From assembly GCF_001194135.2 (NCBI RefSeq), contig NC_068998.1:14578611-14642610 (forward strand): a stretch of 64,000 nucleotides of DNA, read 5' to 3'. Both the position numbers and the translations under genes were made by a program. The notes below the pieces were generated by a model. The model did not search any database and was not told the origin of the DNA. It saw nothing but the letters and a program-made list of their open reading frames with translations. Below, piece after piece: positions 24,664 to 37,837 of this stretch. Positions within the stretch are counted from its first letter, which is position 1, and every line of letters begins with the position of its first letter. The DNA comes from Octopus bimaculoides (lineage: Eukaryota).

Positions 24664-25869
24664 CCACACCCCCGCACACATGTTCATGACAGTTTGTTTT
24701 CTTTTCTTAACTATACCTTTAANNNNNNNNNNNNNNNNNNNNNNNNNNNNNNNNNNNNNNNNNNNNNNNNNNNNNNNNNNNNNNNNNNNNNNNNNNNNNN
24801 NNNNNNNNNNNNNNNNNNNNNNNNNNNNNNNNNNNNNNNNNNNNNNNNNNNNNNNNNNNNNNNNNNNNNNNNNNNNNNNNNNNNNNNNNNNNNNNNNNNN
24901 NNNNNNNNNNNNNNNNNNNNNNNNNNNNNNNNNNNNNNNNNNNNNNNNNNNNNNNNNNNNNNNNNNNNNNNNNNNNNNNNNNNNNNNNNNNNNNNNNNNN
25001 NNNNNNNNNNNNNNNNNNNNNNNNNNNNNNNNNNNNNNNNNNNNNNNNNNNNNNNNNNNNNNNNNNNNNNNNNNNNNNNNNNNNNNNNNNNNNNNNNNNN
25101 NNNNNNNNNNNNNNNNNNNNNNNNNNNNNNNNNNNNNNNNNNNNNNNNNNNNNNNNNNNNNNNNNNNNNNNNNNNNNNNNNNNNNNNNNNNNNNNNNNNN
25201 NNNNNNNNNNNNNNNNNNNNNNNNNNNNNNNNNNNNNNNNNNNNNNNNNNNNNNNNNNNNNNNNNNNNNNNNNNNNNNNNNNNNNNNNNNNNNNNNNNNN
25301 NNNNNNNNNNNNNNNNNNNNNNNNNNNNNNNNNNNNNNNNNNNNNNNNNNNNNNNNNNNNNNNNNNNNNNNNNNNNNNNNNNNNNNNNNNNNNNNNNNNN
25401 NNNNNNNNNNNNNNNNNNNNNNNNNNNNNNNNNNNNNNNNNNNNNNNNNNNNNNNNNNNNNNNNNNNNNNNNNNNNNNNNNNNNNNNNNNNNNNNNNNNN
25501 NNNNNNNNNNNNNNNNNNNNNNNNNNNNNNNNNNNNNNNNNNNNNNNNNNNNNNNNNNNNNNNNNNNNNNNNNNNNNNNNNNNNNNNNNNNNNNNNNNNN
25601 NNNNNNNNNNNNNCAATGACAGAAGAAAGTAAAATAATGAAAGAGTAATCTTGATAACCTGCGCTACACATCATTCTAAATGCATATCGATTTCACTGAC
25701 GAAGTTAATTTAGGTGAAAGAATGTCAAACTTAATTTAAATGATATCGATTTTTGTGTGTTTTTTTTTTTACTAGTTTCTTTATTTCTGAAATAATGAAA
25801 AGCAAAGTTAATCATTACATATAATCGTTGAAACGTCGGCAAAATTCCCCCTGTAGTAATTATTGCGGT

Positions 25870-26000
25870 TCTATTGAGCTTGAGTTCAAATTCCTCCAAG
25901 GTCAAATTTGTCTTTCATCCATTCGGAGTCGATAAAATAAATTCCAATTGAGGCCTGAGGTCGAACTATTCGACTTGTCCCATCCCATCGAAATTGTTGG
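25870..26000 (+). mobile_element. SINE type A fragment
   Basis: TTGAGTTCAAATTCC..AAGGTCAAATTTGTCTTTCATCCATTCGGAGTCGATAAAAT. Confidence 0.65.
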
Positions 26001-26191
26001 TCTTGGGCCATGCCTTATTCGATTATTGCTGGCCTTGGGCCTGGCCTTATTCTAAATTGTATGAAGACGAGACTGAAAAGAGAGAAGACAGTCATATTCT
26101 TCGACCAAATTCTCATGAACTTTTTAAAACTCTATTTGAAATGGAGGAAAGTCAGAGTTGAAAAGAAGAAGCTCCAGCCCCTCCCTCAGTA

Positions 26192-26390
26192 AATAATTCA
26201 GCTCTGGATGGGCTACTCAACCCGAGGAAAGTTTTAACTGCGCCCCACATGCGAGATCATGCGCTGTTTATCTTGATATGATATTACCATGTCGCATCAC
26301 ATGGTTGTGATGCATGTGCTTGGTGTAGCCTTATCAGATGGGTAGTCATAATGAGTTTACCTCAGTGTCACTTTAATGGTATGCACTGCT
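26192..26390 (+). mobile_element. Orphan 3' UTR fragment of the R4/Dong-like LINE family
   Basis: Aligns by eye with the reverse complement of 20395-20680 (TTTATCTTGATATGA, GTTGTGATGCATGTGC.TGGTGTA.CCTTATCAGA..GGTAGTCAT, AGTGTCA.TT.AATGG.ATGC.CTGC). Confidence 0.8.
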
Positions 26391-26931
26391 TACAGATAAA
26401 TTCCTCCATTTATATCGAGGTCTCTTTCATTCTTTTGTTGTTTTACCATTACTATTNNNNNNNNNNNNNNNNNNNNNNNNNNNNNNNNNNNNNNNNNNNN
26501 NNNNNNNNNNNNNNNNNNNNNNNNNNNNNNNNNNNNNNNNNNNNNNNNNNNNNNNNNNNNNNNNNNNNNNNNNNNNNNNNNNNNNNNNNNNNNNNNNNNN
26601 NNNNNNNNNNNNNNNNNNNNNNNNNNNNNNNNNNNNNNNNNNNNNNNNNNNNNNNNNNNNNNNNNNNNNNNNNNNNNNNNNNNNNNNNNNNNNNNNNNNN
26701 NNNNNNNNNNNNNNNNNNNNNNNNNNNNNNNNNNNNNNNNNNNNNNNNNNNNNNNNNNNNNNNNNNNNNNNNNNNNNNNNNNNNNNNNNNNNNNNNNNNN
26801 NNNNNNNNNNNNNGAAAAGTGGTGATTCCGTTCATCAATTTAAAATATAAAGTTTTGAATTATCTATAAAAATCCACTATTATACTTATTGGTTTTAACT
26901 AAAGAGATTAAGGATGTTTTCTTTGTATTTA

Positions 26932-27012
26932 GCTATACATACATACATACATACATACATACATACATACATACATACATACATACATACATACATACAT
27001 ACGTACATACAT
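26932..27012. repeat. (TACA)n tetranucleotide microsatellite
   Basis: Directly visible. Confidence 0.95.
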
Positions 27013-28070
27013 ATGTGTTTGTTTCTATGTATGTATTTTTGTTCGAACATGTTTACGTTATGTTTATGCGAAAAAAAAAAAACGTATTCACCATTATCTC
27101 ATATTTTCATGTAGATTTGCTGATATATTTTCATCCATACACCTTCTTGAAATTGTTTACTAAATTTGACTCAATGTATATTTGCGTATATATACTTTGT
27201 GTATCTCTGTGTACACACACACACACACACACACACATGTATATCTATACAGACACGCGGTTGTTCCTGTGTGTTTGTCTGTGGTGTATATATACTTTGT
27301 ATATCTTTGTGTACATACAGCATACTCAGATTTGTATGTGCACAATATTTCATATTCTATACGCGTTTGTTCTTGTGTGTTTGCCTGTGATATATATATG
27401 AACACACTATTTGTATGCATTTGTGTATAGCAAATATGACTATATTTCTGTGAACATAATTTCCATTTCAGTACATATATTTATTTATGTTTGTGTGTCC
27501 AAATATATCTATGATGTCTAATTTATTTGTGTTTAGGCACTTTGCCCGTGTTTGCCATATTTATGTATGTATGATTCATCTCTATTTCTGTATACACGTT
27601 TGCATACACTTGTTAATACACACTTTATCAGCGTATATATAATTACCATACTTGTATACGTAGAATTTCCTGTCTATTTGTACACAATGTCATACATAAC
27701 TAATTGAATTTCCTTTAGTTCTTATATAACATGACTGTCTCTGTTACAGTCAGTAAACAAGTATTTCGTTTGTTTTTGTTTTCGAATTTCTTAGGCGAAC
27801 TTTCCCTTGTCATCTCTCTTAAGTAATTAGTTAATATGTTCGCTGTAGGCGAATATTGATTTCTAAATATGAAAGATATTTAAATGTTAGCAGTGAAGTT
27901 GAAAAACATAAACGGATTTATTACTTATTTAGAAAAGTAACCGGGCAAAGTCGTTAGTGCATCAGATAAAAAGCTTTAGCGGGATTTTTTTCCTGTTCTG
28001 TACGATCTGTGTTCAAGTTCTACCGAGATCAGCATTGTCACAAAATCGCTGGTCTCGAACCACAAAAAGA

Positions 28071-28305
28071 AGGCGGTGAGCTGCCAGAATCGTTAGCACG
28101 CCGGGCGAAATGCTTAGCGGTATTTCGTCTGCCACTACGTTCTGAGTTCAAATTCCGCCGAGGTCGACTTTGCCTTTCATCCTTTCGGGGACAGTTAAAG
28201 AAGTACCAGTTATGCACTGGGGTCGATTTAATCGACTTAATCCATTTGTCTGTCCTTGTTTGTCCCCTCTGTGTGTAGCCCCTTGTGAGCAGTAAAGAAA
28301 TAAAA
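28071..28305 (+). mobile_element. SINE type A, best-preserved copy
   Basis: AGGCGGTGAGCTGCCAGAATCGTTAGC (A-box-like), GAGTTCAAATTCC (B-box-like), full body, A-rich tail. Confidence 0.9.
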
Positions 28306-29830
28306 AAAAAAGAAATTCTTTGTTATTTAAAATGATAATGTATTATTGTTGTTAGTTATTGAGGAGAAAGTAAACAAATTTTTGACTAATTTATGAACAA
28401 AAACGAGTATCGGGCAAACGGATGATAAGTCGCCATCGAGTTTTTAGGGATGGTGCAATAGAGATCATTTAGCTATTCACGGCTGCAGACAGAACCAACA
28501 GTAGAAGCAGCAGTAGAACTTTGGAACGGGATTCCTGAATATCTCTGCTCGTGTCGTGTAGAGACAATTTCATATCAGTTTAAAGCTTAAAGACTAGAAA
28601 TTGAGTTCCAATTTTACGCAAGCATTTTGATTCAGAAATATATCGTTGCCATCCAATAGACATCCACTTGTAGATTGATTTTCTTTAACATATCCCATCT
28701 CTGATATTTACTATCTTTACGCTGTTTACAAGTAAAAAACAAACATACACTTATTGTTTAATCAGGAGAGAATCTACAGCACCCATGAGAATATTTAGCA
28801 TCTTCAGAGACTGGCGAGATTACAGGATCTATATATCCTCAGACTGGAGAATGTTAGGAGTGAAGCTGAAAAATGTTAAGGGATTTCTTATTCAGAAAAG
28901 CGACCGGGCCGGATCATCAGCACGTCAGGTAAAATATTAAGCGGCATATGTTCCGGTTCTTTACGATTTGAGTTCAAATTCCACCGAGGCCAACTAAAAC
29001 ATTAAAGACAAATGATAGATTTTAGCCTAGAGAGTGTCCTAAAGGCATCTAAGGTCCAGCTGGAGTCATTTAAACGAGCAACGTGTTACATCTATTACCG
29101 AAGAAAAATTATCTCTATGCAGAATTTTAACACATTTTGTCTTTTCTTCTCCAAAAGTTCTCTTTGAGACATTTGGTAGAATTTAGCCTGTATTAAAGGA
29201 AACTTTCCCAGTGTATCTTACCCTTTAATCGAACCAAAGAGCACGAAGTTGCGGAGCAAACTGCTTTGCCACATAACTATGCCTACACACAAAGCACACG
29301 ATATTTTCAATTAATTAGTCTCTCAAGACCCATAATAATTTTACATGATTTCAATTTGAATCAACTTACTTGTGCATTGATTCATACATTATTATCGCTT
29401 TTCGGATCATTAAGTTGATTTGATGTAAAATTTCACTTTATGATACGTTTAACCAGCGTATTGTATAGTTCCAATTTCATATTAACACCTTTGTTCATAT
29501 TTTAAAAGCACAACCCTCAAACTTTCCCTAAGTAAGCTTTCTAAACCGTTTCTGAATGCCATCTTTTAACTTATCATACGATACTGTTATACCTAAATAT
29601 TTATTGCCCACTCTGTCAACTCGTTTTATGATTTCTGTGTATAATATCATTCTGAATTTAATTATTCATTCGATTCAAATTACGTATTTGTCTCTTCACA
29701 TGAATACAAGGCATTTCGCTTCTCACAAGAACAACAAATACCACGTATTCAATAATAGTCGTTTAGTTCATCTGATTAGTATATATGAAGAAATCACTAC
29801 AACGCTATGTAACAGTGGTTTCAAATTTTG

Positions 29831-30031
29831 TTTCAAATCTTGGCACAAGGCCATCAAGTTCGGGGGCGGAAAAAGTTGATTACATCGACACCAGGGATAA
29901 AATGGTATTTCTTTTATCGACCCAGGTGAGATGAAATCGACCTCGGTGACATTTGAACTCACAACGTGAACAGGGAGGAAATGCTGCAAAGCATATGTCC
30001 CGGCATGCTAACGATTCCGCCAGTTTGCCGC
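29831..30031 (-). mobile_element. SINE type A copy
   Basis: Reverse complement shows the GCGGCAAACTGGCGGAATCGTTAGC head, GAGTTCAAATGTCACCGAGGTCGA, and TGTGCCAAGATTTGAAA tail. Confidence 0.75.
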
Positions 30032-30326
30032 ATTTCGAAGCTTTGTAATAGTAGAGCATATAGTGGCTAATAGTTATGGAAGTAGTGAGGGCAGTTAAAG
30101 GTATTCAGACAGAGGAGATTTTTATAAGTTGTAATGTTACAGGTGCTATTGTATGTATGATTTTATAGTTTCTAGGGGGTATAAGATTAAGTCGAAAGGA
30201 GACTTACGTAAACTCACTACATATATACATAATATGATCAGTAGGGTAGAACATCATAGAAAGGAAAATATAATCACCAAAATAGGATGAAATCAGACTA
30301 ACTAGGCAGGGGTTATCAAGAGATAG

Positions 30327-30365
<39 letters not shown>

Positions 30366-31383
30366 ATACCATAACACACAGCTTATAACATATGCAATGA
30401 AATTTAATACACCATATAACATAATATCCCGTGATTTTATATTTAGTACTACAGGGTAATATTACAACGGATACGACACCAAAATTAATTTCCACCATCA
30501 AAGTTCAAGTATGGCACCTATAATCCTTAGTTTCGAAAATACTTAAATGTATGGATGACGCTTTGCATACATGTTACCCTTAGGTCTAATCTATTATTAA
30601 TCAGGTTGTTTTTGCCCTTATACTTAAAAATCTCATAAGTTTCCATAGAGCACAGCTCACACCCATATCGACTATCTCTATAACCGTGCCTCGGTCAAAT
30701 TACTGATAAATTATAATATATGATACTTATAATTACTTATATAATACTTATACAATATGTGTCAGATGCTTTTTACCGTAGACCACCTGGAATAGGACTG
30801 AACAGGTGAGATAAAACAATAGCAAGTGCTCAAGATCTTGCTGGTCATAAATGGTATTTTATACTATTGATTCGACCGCTATGTATTGACGTTGGATAAT
30901 TTAGAATGAAAGCGAATTTACAAGGAGAACTTATTCATGCCGCAGGCTGAGAATAACGTCGATCAGGAAAAGTAGCTAATAATATTTCGAAAAGCAGAAC
31001 CGCTTCAACTACATCCGTCTTATTGCAGCTATGAAACATCTTTTTAAAAGAACATTACTGATTTATCGAAAATTAAATTTGTCTTTCCGATACATGTTTG
31101 TGGCATTTAGCATATTGATCCTAGAAAAAACAAATAAATGAATATATACATAAATAGAAACAATAAATAAATAAAAATATAAAACTATCTGTCCCAAATG
31201 TCTTTTTCAAAATTAGAAGTCTTCATAGATGTGTTTACCAATCTGGAAAAAATATCAAACACGTATCCCACAAACACACATACACATATGCACAAACATA
31301 CATACAGACACACATATACACACACTGACTGTTCAAAGATTTCAATGTTTCACTTGCGACAAATTGACAAGAACACTAAATAA

Positions 31384-31601
31384 TTCTTTCTAATTTCGGC
31401 ACGAGGCCAGTAATTTTGAGGGGAGGGAATTCACCATTTACAATGACTTTGGTTGCTTGACTAGTACGTATTATGTCGACCGTAACGTAATTGGAGGAAA
31501 GGCACAGCAAACCCAGCCGAAATTTCAACTGAGAATATAATGGGTTGGAAGAAATGCCGTTAAGCATCCAACGTGCTAATGATTCTGCCAGCTTGCCCCC
31601 T
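31384..31601 (-). mobile_element. SINE type A copy (degenerate)
   Basis: Reverse complement begins GGGGGCAAGCTGGCAGAATCATTAGCACG. Confidence 0.65.
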
Positions 31602-32057
31602 TAAGTGCACTAAATAATGATCACTGTCTTAATGATGTGCCATACTGAAGATGTTAATTAGCAGAAGGTCAAAATCGCGCCCACACAGTAGCGCAACCGC
31701 AAGTGGGCTGCGGCTGCTGGTTACCGCACGTTTCTTTTCTGACAGAACGTTTTATGTTGGTGTTGAGATTTAAAACACGGGATCTTCCATTAATTATATT
31801 AATGGTATGTAAATATTTCTTTGATTAGAATATAGTGATTCATTTATAATTTACAAGTCGAGTAAGAAGTAAAACACTATGACTGAAAAAATACTAAGTA
31901 AGGTCATAAAACATTGGTAAAAAGCATCATCGGCATCATTTTCTAACTTAACATATCGTCCTAAACAACGTTCTTCAAGCATTCTTTACCTATATATTCC
32001 TTTGTTTACTATTTTATTCTGGTGGACCCCCATAGCGGTTCGATGTTTAAAAACTAA

Positions 32058-32260
32058 TTTTATAGATATTTCTACAAATACTTTTATAGATATTTCTACA
32101 AATATTTTTATAGATATTTCTACAAATACTTTTATAGATATTTCTACAAATACTTTTATAGATATTTCTACAAATACTTTTATAGATATTTCTACAAATA
32201 CTTTTATAGATATTTCTACAAATACTTTTATAGATATTTCTACAAATACTTTTATAGATA
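32058..32260. repeat. 24-bp minisatellite TTTTATAGATATTTCTACAAATAC, 8 full units plus a partial unit
   Basis: Near-perfect tandem array, with one C>T variant in unit 2. Confidence 0.97.
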
Positions 32261-34917
32261 CTTCTTTCAAAATTCCTATTTTCTATTTCACACATTCACT
32301 TGTATAGGTTGATCTATGTAAAAGGTTGCAGAAAGAAATCTTTCACACGTTTAAATCAAGGCATTTCATAGACACTCAAGATAACACTGCGGATTCCCAA
32401 TTCACTATTTTGCTAGCTGGGGCCCCCGAAATATTATAAGGACCCAGGGGTTCATGTGGGCCGCGATTGAAAACCACTGGTCTAAATGAATGAATCAGTT
32501 AAAATCTTATGCACTAATATTGTTTTATTCTGTGTGTATATATATATATATATTTATTTATATATTATATATTTATATGTGTATATGTGTGTCTATTTGT
32601 TTATTTATATGCATCTGTCATGTCTGCCTATCTGTCTTTCTTTCCACACACACACACACACATATAATACGAAGAGAGAAAGAGAGAGGGGGACGAGGGA
32701 GAAGTGATGAATCATTGTACATCTATATACGTTTCCTTGTATTTGATCGTATGTACATGAAGAATGGATGTGGGTTTTAAACCATATCAAAATAGACAAA
32801 TGCATCATCCGACAGAGAATCATGAATTCTGTTTGATGTATTCGGACACCTACGGAGTTACGCATCATAGCTTGTTTAATGGGATGGCATATATATATAT
32901 ACACCCAGGCTACGTTNNNNNNNNNNNNNNNNNNNNNNNNNNNNNNNNNNNNNNNNNNNNNNNNNNNNNNNNNNNNNNNNNNNNNNNNNNNNNNNNNNNN
33001 NNNNNNNNNNNNNNNNNNNNNNNNNNNNNNNNNNNNNNNNNNNNNNNNNNNNNNNNNNNNNNNNNNNNNNNNNNNNNNNNNNNNNNNNNNNNNNNNNNNN
33101 NNNNNNNNNNNNNNNNNNNNNNNNNNNNNNNNNNNNNNNNNNNNNNNNNNNNNNNNNNNNNNNNNNNNNNNNNNNNNNNNNNNNNNNNNNNNNNNNNNNN
33201 NNNNNNNNNNNNNNNNNNNNNNNNNNNNNNNNNNNNNNNNNNNNNNNNNNNNNNNNNNNNNNNNNNNNNNNNNNNNNNNNNNNNNNNNNNNNNNNNNNNN
33301 NNNNNNNNNNNNNNNNNNNNNNNNNNNNNNNNNNNNNNNNNNNNNNNNNNNNNNNNNNNNNNNNNNNNNNNNNNNNNNNNNNNNNNNNNNNNNNNNNNNN
33401 NNNNNNNNNNNNNNNNNNNNNNNNNNNNNNNNNNNNNNNNNNNNNNNNNNNNNNNNNNNNNNNNNNNNNNNNNNNNNNNNNNNNNNNNNNNNNNNNNNNN
33501 NNNNNNNNNNNNNNNNNNNNNNNNNNNNNNNNNNNNNNNNNNNNNNNNNNATATATATATAGACTATAGATATATTATTGTATAAAAATATTCATCTATT
33601 TGTCCATATTATATATACATATAATATACATAAAATATGTATATATTGTATATGTAATGGCAAAGGGTATTTACGATGTATCCACACTGTCACTAAACCG
33701 AGGATGTCATCGAATTGAATGGAGACAACCAATGAAATATAATACGTCATCGCAGTATAGCAGTTATATTTTATTTTATTGACCAGGGAAAAGTGGAAAG
33801 TAAATTTGACTTTGTTGTCATTGAATCCATTGAACGCAGAACGTAAACATCTAAGACAGACCACGTACATCATTCTTATGTGGTGATAGCATCTAACAGA
33901 GCAAAAGAAACTATTATATTTTGTTGTATTTTGGGAGGATTATACTGTTCAGAAATACGCACGCGTTTTTTATGTTTCATTTTAGTGTTTTATTAATAAT
34001 CACTTAGACAATTCATAATTTGATTAACTGTTCAAGAACTTAATTTATCAATGTCACTTTGTCATAGTTGTGACCACTATTTGAAGAGTATAGAGAAGGT
34101 CACAGGCTGTAATGAAATGACTGATAGAGAAATCGATTTCTAATAAATCAATGGATTAATTATCTACTTGCTTGTAAATAGATATGAAGTGAAAAGTAGT
34201 TAGTGCGCGTGTTATAATCACCGTATGACTTTCGCAAAATACATCAGTATCAGTCTCAACATCACATGTTTGTCCATCAAGAATCTTGCAAGCAAAACGA
34301 ACTGCACCCTAGTTTCTGTTACTTAGGAATCTGATCTGGTATAATGTTGAATTTCCGAAAGAAGTAAAAAAGAATTACCAGAATTTCACAAAAATAACGA
34401 TAGTTGCTTTTTTACCTGCGATACGTCATATATTTGGAAAAAATATAAGAAAGACTACAACAAAATAGTTATAGAAAACGGAGACAGAAAAACATGTAAC
34501 TATTTCTTTCTGTTAGAAAAATTATACAAGTGCATAAGCACCATGAAGAGTTTTGTGGATTATTAATGTTAATTTCCCCAAAATTTATTGTAAGACCAAG
34601 CCAAGTAAATGTAGCATGTCATATAAAACATATCAGGTTGCACCATATGACCATGAGACTTCCGTTGTTACATCGTGAAGGCGTCGAAGCCTTTTTGGCG
34701 CATTTCACTGCAACAGCGCGCTGTTTGAATAAGACTGTTTAAAGTTTAATCAATTTGACCTAATCAGAAAACAAGATTTGGAAGCTGGATTTCTCTACAT
34801 GACAGTTTTCTAACACAAAATGAAAGCAAATTTATTACTAGGAGGAATTTTAATTAAAAAAAAAAACGAAAGCAAAACATTACGAGGATCAAAGTTGTGA
34901 GAGCTTCTGTATGGGTT

Positions 34918-35007
34918 GGCGCAGGAGTGGGCGTGTGGAACGTTTGCTTACTAACCACATGGTTCCGGATTCAGTCCCACTGGGTAGCATTTTGGTCAAG
35001 TGTCTTC
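34918..35007 (+). mobile_element. SINE type B 5' head (truncated)
   Basis: GGCGCAGGAGTGG..GTGTGG...AACCACATGGTTCCGGATTCAGTCCCACTG..TAGCATTTTGGTCAAGTGTCTTC matches 11363-11456. Confidence 0.85.
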
Positions 35008-35020
35008 GATACTAAATGCT

Positions 35021-35856
35021 CTGAAATCATCAGAACACCTGAATTTATTCAGTAAGGTCAACAGACCATTGATTACAGTCCCAGAAATTTCATGAGGTCA
35101 ATTGGAAAAGATCTCCATGTGTCAGAAGGAACAGTCAGAAATGTTGTCCACGAAGACACCAGATATAAGTCTTATATGATGAGGAAAGGTCAGTTTTTCG
35201 GAAAAAGAAAACGAAAATCACTTCATCAGATATAAAATGCTCTTAAACAAACTGAAAAATCAAGCAGAAGATTTAATTTTGTTTTTCTCAAACAAGAAAA
35301 ACTTCCACCACGATCAAAAAGTTAACAGAAGAAATGACAGATGGTTATGCGCTGACCCTTCTGAAGTTCCAAGTGTTATGCATGCAAAATTATCTGCAAC
35401 TGTCATGGTTTTAGGTATTGTCAGCAATGAAGGACGTGTGGTGCCTCCTTTCTTCTTTCCACAAGGACTTAGAGTTAACTCTGCCGCCTACATTGAGGTC
35501 CTGGAAATAATCGTTAAGCCCTGGATAAACGGTGCATGCAATGGACGGTTATATGTGATTCAGTAAGACTTTGCGCTATCACATATGACTCTAGTAACAC
35601 AGGAATGGATGCCTGAAAATTTTTATGAACCGCTAAAATTTAGTCTAATTACCCAGATTTCAAGCCATTGAGATGACATGTGGACCGTTGTTGAGAGAGA
35701 GGTCAATGAACACGTCCATAACAGCAAAGGTTCTTTGAAAGCTGCAAAGTCAGAGTAATGTCCAAAACGAACCAGGTCCACTTGATTCGAGCATGTAGAT
35801 GATTTAGATCTCATATAGAAGCAGTTGTTGAAGCTGAAGATGTGTTTATTGAATAA
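35021..35856 (+). pseudogene. Tc1/mariner-superfamily transposase pseudogene (probably maT/DD37D-like)
   Basis: HTH region RTPEFIQ..MRSIGKDLHVSEGTVRNVVHED; catalytic region FFSNKKNF..NRRNDRW..VMVLGIVSNEG..VNSAAYIEVLE..VKPWI..YVIQ*DFA; PDFKPL; FRSHIEAVVEAED.FIE*. Contains stops and frameshifts, so the DD spacing cannot be counted. Confidence 0.85.
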
Positions 35857-35956
35857 CATTATGGAAAAGAATGTTTATTTTTATTCTCATTACATTTTTT
35901 GATATTACTTAGCTGTTTTTTATAAACATAAATCTGTCCTCAAATATCTTACGCAA

Positions 35957-35995
<39 letters not shown>

Positions 35996-37228
35996 NNNNN
36001 NNNNNNNNNNNNNNNNNNNNNNNNNNNNNNNNNNNNNNNNNNNNNNNNNNNNNNNNNNNNNNNNNNNNNNNNNNNNNNNNNNNNNNNNNNNNNNNNNNNN
36101 NNNNNNNNNNNNNNNNNNNNNNNNNNNNNNNNNNNNNNNNNNNNNNNNNNNNNNNNNNNNNNNNNNNNNNNNNNNNNNNNNNNNNNNNNNNNNNNNNNNN
36201 NNNNNNNNNNNNNNNNNNNNNNNNNNNNNNNNNNNNNNNNATATATATACATATATACATACACACATACACATACGTACATACATACATACATACTTAC
36301 ATAATACATACATACATACAAACATGCATCCATACATGCATACGTACGTATATAGAATGTTACAAAGTGCAGAAAAGATCCATTCAAATCTAACAACGTT
36401 TTTATAGCTACGAATTCATTTGTCATTCGTAACTCTCTGCTAATTTTCTACATCTTCTCTTTTACACAACGCAATAGTACCCTAAAGGCGACAAGGAAAT
36501 ATACATTTACTGAGAAAACAGAGATGAAAAGCATATCCCATTACATCAAAGAATAATGCATATAAGAAGTTTTGTTTGTAAGTGATCCTGATAGAAACTT
36601 GTAATAAGTTGCACAGCATATCTTTCTACAACCGTTTTCACTTTTTCGATGATGTCGAGGGATATTAACCTCGTTATATAATATTTGCCGGTGCTGTTTG
36701 CACTCATTGATTGGTAGTCAGTTTTCTGCTTCATCATTGGTTATTTTTTGTGGCATCCCGTTTATCTTTGGTGTGTAGGTTGATCAGGAGGTAAACTCCT
36801 TTTAATTTCTTATACGGATTTATTTCGGTGTTAGATGAGATAAGGATTTTTGTATAAGTATTTTTTCGTAAACGTTGTTGAGGTTGGCTATGTTTAACTG
36901 TAAAATTAACGAAGGATATCTATTTCTGCAGAAGTGGATGATATTTTATTGTTGAAGTATTTTGTTGCGGTTACTTAAATATCTTTTAACATTAATTATG
37001 AATCATGTTTATTTCACTGTGGTCATCGCTGGATAGTTGAGTCGAGAAACCGATATTTACTTTCACAAATTACACACTCACACACTCACACACTCACACA
37101 CTCACACACCGCACATCGTATCTTAAGTATGTGTACGTGCGTGTGTATGTGTGTGTCTGTGTGTGCTTGTGTGTACGTGTATGCGTATACGTATGTATAT
37201 GCGTGTGTGTTTATATATGTGTATATAT

Positions 37229-37591
37229 AAAGTAAACAGAAAAGGGAGAAATATTTATCAACAACAATTGACTAACGTCGATTATTACTTTTTAATACAG
37301 ATAAACTTTATCCCATCTAACAGCCGTTTCTGCCTCCAATGCTCCAAGGTGTCGCATTGAAATTTCTGAAAATAATATTCATCATATTTTGTAACACACC
37401 CGATCTGGAACATGGAGCTTCATCAGAGTGAAGAAAAATACATAAAAGAAAAGGAAAGGAAAGGAGAGCTGTCTTCTGCATTGGATGCAGAAACGGCTGT
37501 TAGATGGAATAAAGTTTATTTGTATTAAAAAGTAATAATCAACGTTAGTCAATTGTTGTTGATCAATATTTCTCCATTTTCTGTTTACTTT
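37229..37591. mobile_element. Fold-back element with ~114-bp inverted arms
   Basis: 37229-37342 and 37478-37591 are reverse complements with 6 mismatches counted by eye; TA at both outer ends. Confidence 0.9.
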
Positions 37592-37767
37592 AAATTTCAT
37601 TCCTCATAAACTCATGTTTATCTTTCTCATTGCCTCTCTCCTATGAACATAATATGCTTGCAAATGTACGTCCAGGGTTAACATAAGTAATTATAGCGGA
37701 AGTAAAACGGATATTTTTATCCCTTAAACGGTTATTCCAGTTTTTAACTCTATTAACCTATGTATGC

Positions 37768-37837
<70 letters not shown>

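Noticed and set aside
32058-32260. CRISPR array
   Set aside because: Head-to-tail tandem units without unique spacers, in a eukaryotic context with no cas genes.
36546-36900. Possible LINE ORF1 remnant on the minus strand
   Set aside because: Only a vague resemblance, with no diagnostic motif.
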